Of a stretch of DNA of 64,000 nucleotides, positions 51,142-59,984 are shown one piece after another. Origin of the DNA: Squalus acanthias (lineage: Eukaryota); the NCBI GenBank assembly GCA_030390025.1, contig CM059432.1, positions 37,388,001-37,452,000 on the forward strand. Direction: 5' to 3'. Every line of letters begins with the position of its first letter. Positions within the stretch are counted from its first letter, which is position 1. Below the pieces are notes generated by a model that saw only the letters and a program-made list of their open reading frames with translations, made no database searches and had not been told where the DNA came from. Position numbers and translations under genes: made by a program.

Positions 51142-51214
51142 TGGAGAATGCGGGCATCGATCCCGCTACCTCTCACATGCTAAGCGAGCGCTCTACCATT
51201 TGAGCTAATTCCCC
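51142..51214 (-). tRNA. tRNA-Ala(AGC)
   Basis: Array copy. Confidence 0.95.
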
Positions 51215-51746
51215 CGGTCGCTTCTTGCGAGATACCTTAGTTTGCTTCTCAGTAGCCTCTTCGCACTTCGCCTCCAAGCTGCGCCACGACCGGCAGAGAA
51301 ATCCTGCTTGAGATTGGCCCACTCCTTGACTTCATTGAATACTTTGCTCCAATCGGCGTTGCCGAGCAGCAGCAGGACGCGAAGCCACGGCAGCGATGAA
51401 AGAAGCCGAGAAGAGCCCGAGACTGCGGCAGGGAAGCGAGGTGACGGGAAAGTGGCGGCCGTCCCGAGCGTGAGGGAGCAGGCCAGAGCGCTGTCTGACT
51501 GATAGACGATTTCTTTTGCCTGAAAGTGAGTGCTGAGTGTTTAGAAGTGTTGCTGCTCAATGGCACTCCCTGCTGGTGAGCAGACACAAATGCTCAAGCA
51601 AAACAGCTGTGTGCTGGTGACGCAGAGAGCATTAAAGTTTGAGACAAGAAAAAGAGGTGTCCTGTGCCTTAGTGGCAACATGATGCACTACAAAGTGAAG
51701 AGAGGAGCTTTGGGCGAAATGCTGCTTACCAGCCGCTTACTCCAGC

Positions 51747-51839
51747 TCCTTCGAGCCGGAATTGAACCAGCGACCTAAGGATGACTTTGACTTGGCATTC
51801 CACTACAGTCCTCCGCTCTACCAGCTGAGCTATCGAAGG
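51747..51839 (-). tRNA. tRNA-Tyr(GTA), intron; proximal terminator deleted
   Basis: Array copy lacking the 11-bp segment that carries the T4 terminator. Confidence 0.92.
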
Positions 51840-52374
51840 GAAGCGGCAAACGTGCCTCTGTTTGCCGTGCGCATTTTGACACTTCTGGCCTGGCGGGAGT
51901 CACGTGCGCGTCATCGGTAGCCTGCTGGTGCCGCTGCGTTGTGGGACTGTGAGCTGCCAGCTACTCTCCACAGCCTGGATAACGCTTCTGACGACGAATC
52001 AGAAGATTGTAGCTTTGACTCCTATCTGGCTGGGAGTTTTTTTGCAAACAGCGCGTTATAATTTAAAACACCTTGCAAGATGCCCTACATGGTAGTGCTG
52101 CCTGGCCGCTTGCATGGCAAGTGCCTTCTCAGCGCAGCAGGCAGCGCGTCAGTCTCCTAATCCGAAGATCCTGAGTTGAATCTTCAGAGAAGGCGTCAGT
52201 GCTGGAAAAGTTGTTTCTTTGGCTTCTCTCACCTTTGCTGGATGTGAAAATCAAGAAATCTTGCTGACGACATGGCAGAAAAAGATTTGCTGTCCTTTGG
52301 CGCGTCTGACAGGGGTTCAGTGACACTTGAGAGCCCGTTTCTTTCGGAAGAAATGCTCTAAGCCAAAAGGGCAG

Positions 52375-52448
52375 TGGAGAATGCGGGCATCGATCCCGCT
52401 ACCTCTCACATGCTAAGCGGAGCGCTCTACCATTTGAGCTAATTCCCC
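52375..52448 (-). tRNA. tRNA-Ala(AGC), 1-nt insertion (likely sequence error)
   Basis: Array copy. Confidence 0.85.
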
Positions 52449-52994
52449 CGCGTCGCTTCTTGTGAGATACCTTAGTTTGCTTCTCAGTAGCCTCTTCGCA
52501 CTCGCCTCCAAGCTGCGCCACGACCGGCAGAGAAATCCTGCTTGAGGATTGGCCCACTCCTTGACTTCATTGAATACTTTGCTCCAATCGGCGTTGCCGA
52601 GCAGCAGCAGGACGCGAAGCCACGGCAGCGATGAAAGAAGCCGAGAAGAGCCCGAGACTGCGGCAGGGAAGCGAGGTGACGGGAAAGTGGCGGCCGTCCC
52701 GAGCGTGAGGGAGCAGGCCGAGAGCGCTGTCTGACTGATGGACGATTTCTTTTGCCTGAAAGTGAGTGCTGAGTGTTTAGAAGTGTTGCTGCTCAATGGC
52801 ACTCCCTGCTGGTGAGCAGACACAAATGCTCAAGCAAAACAGCTGTGTGCTGGTGGACGCAGAGAGCATTAAAGTTTGAGACAAGAAAAAGAGGTGTCCT
52901 GTGCCTTAGTGGCAACATGATGCACTACAAAGTGAAGAGAGGAGCTTTGGGCGAAATGCTGCTTACCAGCCGCTTACTCCAAAAGCACGCCAGC

Positions 52995-53087
52995 TCCTTC
53001 GAGCCGGAATTGAACCAGCGACCTAAGGATGACTTTGACTTGGCATTCCACTACAGTCCTCCGCTCTACCAGCTGAGCTATCGAAGG
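52995..53087 (-). tRNA. tRNA-Tyr(GTA), intron
   Basis: Array copy. Confidence 0.95.
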
Positions 53088-53633
53088 GAAGCGGCAAACG
53101 TGCCTCTGTTTGCCGATTGTTTGCCGTGCGCATTTTGACACTTCTGGCCTGGCGGAGTCACGTGCGCGTCATCGGTAGCTGCTGGTGCCGCAGCGTTGTG
53201 GGACTGTGAGCTGCCAGCTACTCTCCACAGCCTGGATAACGCTTCTGACTACGAATCAGAAGATTGTAGCTTTGACTCCTATCTGGCTGGAGTTTTTTTT
53301 GCAAACAGCGCGTTATAAATTTAAACACCTTGCAAGATGCCCTACATGGTAGTGCTGCCTGGCCGCTTGCATGGCAAGTGCCTTCTCAGCGCAGCAGGCA
53401 GCGCGTCAGTCTCCTAATCCGAAGATCCTGAGTTGAATCTTCAGAGAAGGCGTCAGTGCTGGAAAAGTTGTTTCTTTGGCTTCTCTCACCTTTGCTGGAT
53501 GTGAAAATCAAGAAATCTTGCTGACGACATGGCAGAAAAAGATTTGCTGTCCTTTGGCGCGTCTGACAAGGGGTTCAGTGACACTTGAGAGCCCGTTTCT
53601 TTCAGAAGAAATGCTCCTAAGCCAAAAGGGCAG

Positions 53634-53705
53634 TGAGAATGCGGGCATCGATCCCGCTACCTCTCACATGCTAAGCGAGCGCTCTACCATTTGAGCTAAT
53701 TCCCC
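53634..53705 (-). tRNA. tRNA-Ala(AGC), 1-nt deletion (likely sequence error)
   Basis: Array copy. Confidence 0.85.
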
Positions 53706-54254
53706 GGTCGCTTCTTGCAGATACCTTAGTTTGCTTCTCAGTAGCCTCTTCGCACTCGCCTCCAAGCTGCGCCACGACCGGCAGAGAAATCCTGCTTGAG
53801 GATTGGCCCACTCCTTGACTTCATTAAATACTTTGCTCCAATCGGCGTTGCCGAGCAGCAGCAGGACGCGAAGCCACGGCAGCGATGAAAGAAGCCGAGA
53901 AGAGCCCGAGACTGCGGCAGGGAAGCGAGGTGACGGTGAAAGTGGCGGCCGTCCCGAGCGTGAGGGAGCAGGCCAGAGGCGCTGTCTGACTGGATGGACG
54001 ATTTCTTTTGCCTGAAAGTGAGTGCTGTAGTGTTTAGAAGTGTTGCTGCTCAATGGCACTCCCTGCTGGTGAGCAGACACAATGCTCAAGCAAAACAGCT
54101 GTTGTCTGTGGACGCAGAGAGCATTAAAGTTTGAGACAGAAAAAAGGAGGTGTCCTGTGCCTTAGTGGCGAACATGATGCACTACAAAGTGAAGAGAGGA
54201 GGCTGTTGGGCGAAATGCTGCTTACCACAGCCGCTTATCCAAAAGCACGCCAGC

Positions 54255-54346
54255 TCCTTCGAGCCGGAATTGAACCAGCGACCTAAGGATGACTTTGACT
54301 TGGCATTCACTACAGTCCTCCGCTCTACCAGCTGAGCTATCGAAGG
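54255..54346 (-). tRNA. tRNA-Tyr(GTA), intron
   Basis: Array copy, intron 1 nt shorter. Confidence 0.92.
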
Positions 54347-54510
54347 GAGCGGCAAAATGCCTCTGTTTGCCGATTGTTTGCCGTGCCATTTGACACTTCT
54401 GGCCTGGCGGAGTCACGTGCGCGTCATCGGTACCTGCTGGTGCCGCAGCGTTGTGGGACTGTGAGCTGCCATCTACTCTCCACAGCCTGGATAACGCTTC
54501 TGACTACGAA

Positions 54511-54710
54511 NNNNNNNNNNNNNNNNNNNNNNNNNNNNNNNNNNNNNNNNNNNNNNNNNNNNNNNNNNNNNNNNNNNNNNNNNNNNNNNNNNNNNNNNNN
54601 NNNNNNNNNNNNNNNNNNNNNNNNNNNNNNNNNNNNNNNNNNNNNNNNNNNNNNNNNNNNNNNNNNNNNNNNNNNNNNNNNNNNNNNNNNNNNNNNNNNN
54701 NNNNNNNNNN
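54511..54710. other. Assembly gap
   Basis: 200 N. Confidence 1.
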
Positions 54711-55743
54711 GGAGATCTCCTGGTCCCACTTGTTTACTGCTTCTGCTGCTCGGTCAGTCGGCTGGACCGTCCGCTGTAGTGAAGACCTCTGTTGGTTGGA
54801 TACAGGGTATGGTGGAGCACCGTTGTCAATATCGCTGATACGATGTGTTTGCACAGTCCAGTTATCGTCGATGCAATATGTCTTGTTAAAGAAGAAAACT
54901 TCCTGTCGAGAAGACTTGGCTGATCGACCTACAGGCGCGGTCGGGATTTACTGACCGTGGCGATGGATAAGGTCTTCTTCTCTTCTCCTCTCATCTCATC
55001 TCATCTCATCTCATCTCGGGCCTTTGGTTCCGCTGCCAGCTACCAACATAGGTCTTTGCAACAGTCTTTTACACAGGAGCAGCCACGAGGTTACGAATCG
55101 ACCGGATAAAACACAGGAGCAGCCACGATGATAACAGCAGCAAGCGGCAAGAGTCAAGAGCAAAAGAGCAAGAGCAAGAGAGCGAATGGACGGTTTGGGC
55201 CTGCAATTATAGTGCACAGTTCTTCCGTTTCCCGCCCAACTACAATGTCCATTCTTTTGTTTAAGGTTTGGCGCCCAAAAATGTCCTGTATGGGTGATCT
55301 CTGTCCTTAATGGGTTTCGGGGCTACTCCTGAATGTTTGAGTACCTGTTAATATTTCTCCCATTGTTAAATCGGTCGGTGTTCCCCCTGGAGGGGTTTGG
55401 GGCTTCCAAGTGTCCTGTCCTTTGGATGGGCCCTTGATGGCTTTCCTTTGTACCTGGGAGACCGATCCCAGTATCGATGTTTATACTGTAAACCCATAAT
55501 GTCCTGTGTATTGTCTTCACTGTGCTGAATCGTTATCGATCCTGCAAAAATATTTATTGGAACGCCATCTTGTCTGCCTGCCGAAAAGTCTCGAATGTTC
55601 TGTCACGCGGTGCGGCGGCCATTTTACAGGCTGCTTGTGTCCAATTTAAACCTGACAGCATTCCGCTGAAATAAAAGCTGTTTTGAACGAAACTTGTGTT
55701 TTCTCCTTATTAAAATGAAATCGCGATAATTGCGAATTCTACA
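54711..55743 (-). repeat. 3' LTR (truncated by the gap)
   Basis: Matches 62333-63395. Confidence 0.95.
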
Positions 55744-55755
55744 GTCCCTCCTGTT
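55744..55755 (-). promoter_or_regulatory. Polypurine tract
   Basis: AACAGGAGGGAC immediately before the TGTAG LTR start. Confidence 0.8.
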
Positions 55756-56167
55756 GATGCGAATAACTCCGCTTATCGTATCAAAAATCTCAGTGGTGAG
55801 CAATCTTATCTCGATTTCACTCCGAATCCAGTAAATTAATCCCATAAATTTTAACTTAACTAGGGTCTCTGTGTCGTCCTTATTTCCCAAGAAAATCACA
55901 TTTTATATCACCATAGGCATCATTTGCCCTTAAACTTACACCACTTGTCTTCCTTCCCGGCGTAACCAGGCCGATACCTCACGCATCACCTGTATATTTA
56001 TCTTTTATTCAGGGAAAGGAAAAACAAAACCCAAAAAACCAAACAATCAACACCATCACCAAAATAAACAAATCCCAACTCTTAAACATGTCGAGTTTCC
56101 AACGTATTTACACTGAGTACAAACTTCCGCGGCGCACGTGGCGAGCGGGAGTGACGCCATTTTCCCA

Positions 56168-58519
56168 TTACACTGCGCTCTCATCGTGCACGCGCACGTA
56201 ACGTTCTCGCCACTCTCCCGTGTTCTCATGCTTGGTGAGGCGCTTGTCTCTTTTACAATGTATGAACAAAAGGTATACTACAATAAACACTTGACAGACG
56301 ACTAAAATGTGGGAGGCTATTCTGACCCATGAGGGCACTTCAATATTCGTGAACAGATTCCACCACGGTGGAACCACTATGTCCAAAATGTCTGTACCTA
56401 TCTCGACGGTTTTCTGTTCTAATGTATAGAAATGCTTTTGTGACACCGCGACGGCTTTTAGAAGTTTGGTTAAATGCTCGGGGAGAGGGGGAATGAGGTA
56501 CCCAAAATGTGCGACAAATCGCTGCAAGTCGGTAAAATTCTCTTTTACTGTGAGATGAACAGTGGATGGTTCAGGGATTGGGATAATTCGCTGTTGTGCT
56601 ACTTGAACTTCAGCCCTGGGTTTAAAACAGAAACTGCTGTCACTCACCGGACACCGGCTACGGTTTCCATGCTGGTAGTGTTGCGCTGCAGTGGTAACAC
56701 AATATGTTCCACCCCCGATGTATGCTACCTGCGGAGGCACATGATCTTGTGCCATTGCCTCCATGGTGCAATTCATGGACTTGGCGCCAGCCGTTCTGAA
56801 CCCGCACTGTGGTGTTAAAAAGGCATTCAAGTGCTGGGGGAACAGTATTATGTGTGCTCCCCTGCCACGACAACCAGAGAGATCTGTACCTGTCATCGTT
56901 TGCTCCCAGCGGATGACGTAAGGTGGAACCGCTGCATAACGAATGTGGGCTCCCCCCTGAATGACACCGATGTTCTCTACCCGATACACCGGGGCGGGCT
57001 TTGCTGTGTTGCCCAAAACCGGCATGCGTAATACTATTCCCATAATAGTATGGTTTGAACGTCCGCAGTCCACGGGGACTGGGTAAGCTTCTGAAGCTAG
57101 CCTGAGCTGGCACGGACTTAATGCATTCTGAAAAGGGTGGAGCGCCCGCAGGTGTTTGTTACTTATCCAGGACGGGACCAAACCTTGTTTTAAATCCTCC
57201 AAATTACTGCGGCCCTCGCCCAGTAACCACGCCCCGTAAAGCACGCACACCTCGTTCTGCGCAGCTTGATCGGATGCATTCCGATCTTCCCTAATCAGGG
57301 CATTTACCGTACGCGCATGTTTCTCCAGCTCTGCTATAATCTCTTTTAAGTGTAGTGTCATGGCTTGGTCCTCGTGCAGACCCGACCCTACCACTTTATT
57401 CTCATCTGTAAGAATATCCTTTAACTGTGTTTTTAAACCATTAATCTGGGTCTGCAGCTCCACACTGTCTAGAGCGTTGACCACAGATGTCCCTGTGTTA
57501 AAAGCAGTGAACGCATCGTTCACCAAACCCCTTCTTTGCCTCCCTACTTGGTCCAAAACTTCCTGCGGTGCGGTGTATAAACTTGTCTTATCAATTTCTG
57601 CAAAATCAAACTCGTAAAATTGCCTGAACATCTTGGTCAACAGGATCTGGTACAACTGTTCCGTCTTTTTGGGGCACCACTCTGGTAACCGTACCTCAGT
57701 GAGATTTAAAATCACCGAGGCCACCGCGTAATGTACCCCCTGAAATAGTATCTGGTCTGTGGGGACCAGTACCAAACCGTTCCCGGGTCCCTTACTAGTT
57801 TTAGGGCACCCTTCTTCCTTAGTTAGAACTACCGGAATCGTGGGCGGGGCTTTGCGTGGGCGCGTAATGAGCTCAGTGGCATTTACTGGGATCGGAGAGT
57901 ATGGGGCTCCGCACCCCCGGGTGCTCGCATCCCACCTCATCCCCTGTCCGTTATCCTGCCACTGGTTAATAAAGAATATGGAGATGCCTTTGGGGCAAAC
58001 GTACTTTGACCCCCACATACAAACATAAATCCCCTCATCTGGTTCCCACCATTTGTCCCAACAGACTTTCACTTGTCCATCTGTCCCCGTAATTGTCCGA
58101 TGGGTATTATTACCCAGTCGTTCCCACTCGACCGAAGAGTTCCTCATAGTTTTGCTCAGCTTTCGCAGCCACCACCATCGGCTCAATGGGACATTCCCAC
58201 TGCAGGTCAAACAAATCCGTTTGCCGACGGTGACGCTGATCCTGGGTGCGATGATCCGTACTTTGGGGCACATTAAAGAAGTCTCTTTGTAGGCGAACCC
58301 CGATGTGCTGGAATACTCCGTTGAGTTCGTTCCCAGCCATCCTGGCCACCTTCCCTTGTGGAAATAGGTGCTGGTCCCTTCTGCCTTCCGTCTTCCGGTC
58401 CCATCCACCGCGATGGGGGCCGTGTCCCCGGAACATCCAAACACCACGACATCCTTGGTGAGGCCCCGATAGGCCAATCCACATCCGATTGCCACGAGCA
58501 AAACTAGAAGTCGTTCCAT
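56168..58519 (-). CDS. env: Envelope glycoprotein, 783 aa from MERLL (frame open to 58702)
   Basis: Signal peptide, Ig-like C...W...DEGIYVC, RQRR furin site at 57530-57541, hydrophobic fusion peptide, heptad repeats, Cys-rich region, TM and short tail. Confidence 0.88.
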   Translation of the reverse strand: MERLLVLLVAIGCGLAYRGLTKDVVVFGCSGDTAPIAVDGTGRRKAEGTSTYFHKGRWPGWLGTNSTEYSSTSGFAYKETSLMCPKVRIIAPRISVTVGKRICLTCSGNVPLSRWWWLRKLSKTMRNSSVEWERLGNNTHRTITGTDGQVKVCWDKWWEPDEGIYVCMWGSKYVCPKGISIFFINQWQDNGQGMRWDASTRGCGAPYSPIPVNATELITRPRKAPPTIPVVLTKEEGCPKTSKGPGNGLVLVPTDQILFQGVHYAVASVILNLTEVRLPEWCPKKTEQLYQILLTKMFRQFYEFDFAEIDKTSLYTAPQEVLDQVGRQRRGLVNDAFTAFNTGTSVVNALDSVELQTQINGLKTQLKDILTDENKVVGSGLHEDQAMTLHLKEIIAELEKHARTVNALIREDRNASDQAAQNEVCVLYGAWLLGEGRSNLEDLKQGLVPSWISNKHLRALHPFQNALSPCQLRLASEAYPVPVDCGRSNHTIMGIVLRMPVLGNTAKPAPVYRVENIGVIQGGAHIRYAAVPPYVIRWEQTMTGTDLSGCRGRGAHIILFPQHLNAFLTPQCGFRTAGAKSMNCTMEAMAQDHVPPQVAYIGGGTYCVTTAAQHYQHGNRSRCPVSDSSFCFKPRAEVQVAQQRIIPIPEPSTVHLTVKENFTDLQRFVAHFGYLIPPLPEHLTKLLKAVAVSQKHFYTLEQKTVEIGTDILDIVVPPWWNLFTNIEVPSWVRIASHILVVCQVFIVVYLLFIHCKRDKRLTKHENTGEWRERYVRVHDESAV

Positions 58520-58802
58520 CCTTCCTTGGTTCCTGCGATCAGATAAAATGCTGTAGCCAGCCTCCCAAGAGTCTCTGGCTTTTGTGAAGGGTGAGCGGGT
58601 CCCCTGACCTCGCCTCACGTAAACTTCAACGTTTGCTAAATAGACTTCCTCTAAACCTAGCCTTAAAACTCCCATCATTTTATCGTTATCTGTTAAAAAC
58701 ACTACAAACTTAACCTTATTAAAACTACTTAAAACTTTAAACTAAAACTTAAAACCTTAAACTAATAACTTTACAATGCCGCCCGTTCTCAGGGCGGCCC
58801 CT

Positions 58803-59984
58803 TTAAATCCTGAGAAGGCTGCTGCGAGCTCTTCCCGACGGTGGGAGGGCACTGACCCTTCCCTCTGATCTGCCGCAGCCTGTTGCTGCGCTGACCCTTT
58901 CCTCTGATCTGCCGCAGCCTGTTACTGCTTCGATGTGGCCTGTCTCTACCCGGGTTATCTTAACCTGAAACTTACGCCCTGGGGCAGCCTGGGGACCTGA
59001 CCACATCTTCCTGGGCTGGGGTACTCTGCTTGACCTACGGGGAATTGCTATGGGCGGGGGCTCCGTGACGGACGGACCGGGTCCCGAGACCTTCAACGGG
59101 ATGACCTGGGGTTCCATCACAGGCGCCAGCTCCGCCTCCGCTGACTCCGCCTCCCTAACCTCGGGGCTGGCAGTTCGTGGCCCCGCCCTGCTCGGCCCAG
59201 CAAACGGCCCTTCACCCGTGATCTCTGCCTCCCCTGAGGACTGGACGTTCAAAGCGGGCGGCCACCCCTCTGGGAACCACATTGGTACTCCCTGTGCTCC
59301 TATAGCGGCTGACCCTGCCTCCTCTAGCTCCTCCCTCCTGTTGTCGGGACCTGCAGCTTGTGTGTCCACCCCGTGTGGATCTCTACCTATCGGCCCCAAT
59401 CCTCCCAGACCGTTCCTCAGGAACCACCCGTCATCATCACTATGCTCATCTGCACTATCCTCATCTGACCAGGGTACCCTGGGGTCCTCGTCATCTAACC
59501 CCCAACTCCAGAAAAACGCTGCATGATCGTCCGGGATGTCCCTTCCTCTGATGCAAGCTGCTATGCCTGCCTGTGTGCCTTGTGGTCCTACCTGGGGCTG
59601 TGCTTTCCCATTCGCAGGTCTGGCCCCTCCCTTAAGACAGGCCACCGCCCCTGCTTGTTTCTGTGAAATCTCACCTGCTGGAGGCTGCAGATTTCTATCC
59701 TGTTTTAAATCCTCATACTCCCTGCTCCTGGCTACCCTGTAGGCTGTTTTTATCTCTCTAAGCTGCCCTTCTAGCCTGAGCACGTCTAACTTTCCCATTT
59801 CTCGGGCATTCTCCTCCCGCAGGGTCTGCTCTCTAAGCTGCCCTTCCAGCCCATCTAATTTCCCTACTAAGCGGGCGTTCTCCTCCCGCAAGGCCTGCTC
59901 TTTTAACCTGGCCTCCTCACCGCAGACCCCCTCCTGTGCGTGTCTTTTAAAAGGACACAGGTAGGCAGGCTGCGTGGGCTCTAG
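58803..59984 (-). CDS. ORFX: in-frame extension past the gag stop (coiled coil, acidic patch, Pro/Gly-rich tail), function unknown
   Basis: Open for 393 codons from the codon after the gag TGA; no ATG near its start. Confidence 0.7.
   Translation of the reverse strand, partial: LEPTQPAYLCPFKRHAQEGVCGEEARLKEQALREENARLVGKLDGLEGQLREQTLREENAREMGKLDVLRLEGQLREIKTAYRVARSREYEDLKQDRNLQPPAGEISQKQAGAVACLKGGARPANGKAQPQVGPQGTQAGIAACIRGRDIPDDHAAFFWSWGLDDEDPRVPWSDEDSADEHSDDDGWFLRNGLGGLGPIGRDPHGVDTQAAGPDNRREELEEAGSAAIGAQGVPMWFPEGWPPALNVQSSGEAEITGEGPFAGPSRAGPRTASPEVREAESAEAELAPVMEPQVIPLKVSGPGPSVTEPPPIAIPRRSSRVPQPRKMWSGPQAAPGRKFQVKITRVETGHIEAVTGCGRSEERVSAATGCGRSEGRVSALPPSGRARSSLLRI

Larger units (their letters stand above)
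26485..54510. repeat. Main tRNA tandem array, about 22.4 units of 1253 bp (1242 bp when an 11-bp segment is absent); unit order Tyr(-), psi-Arg(+), psi-Met/CCT(+), Ala(-)
   Basis: Identical spurious ORFs recur every 1253 or 1242 bp; runs into the N gap. Confidence 0.99.

Noticed and set aside
6445..54416. Recurrent 62-141 aa ORFs in every array unit
   Set aside because: They overlap tRNA genes on both strands, many start at non-ATG codons, and they recur only because the DNA is repeated.
48700..54510. Apparent degeneration of the array toward the gap, including loss of one Tyr terminator
   Set aside because: Mostly scattered 1-nt indels next to a contig end, typical of low-coverage long-read consensus error.
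54374..54954. ORFs spanning the N run
   Set aside because: Gap artefacts.
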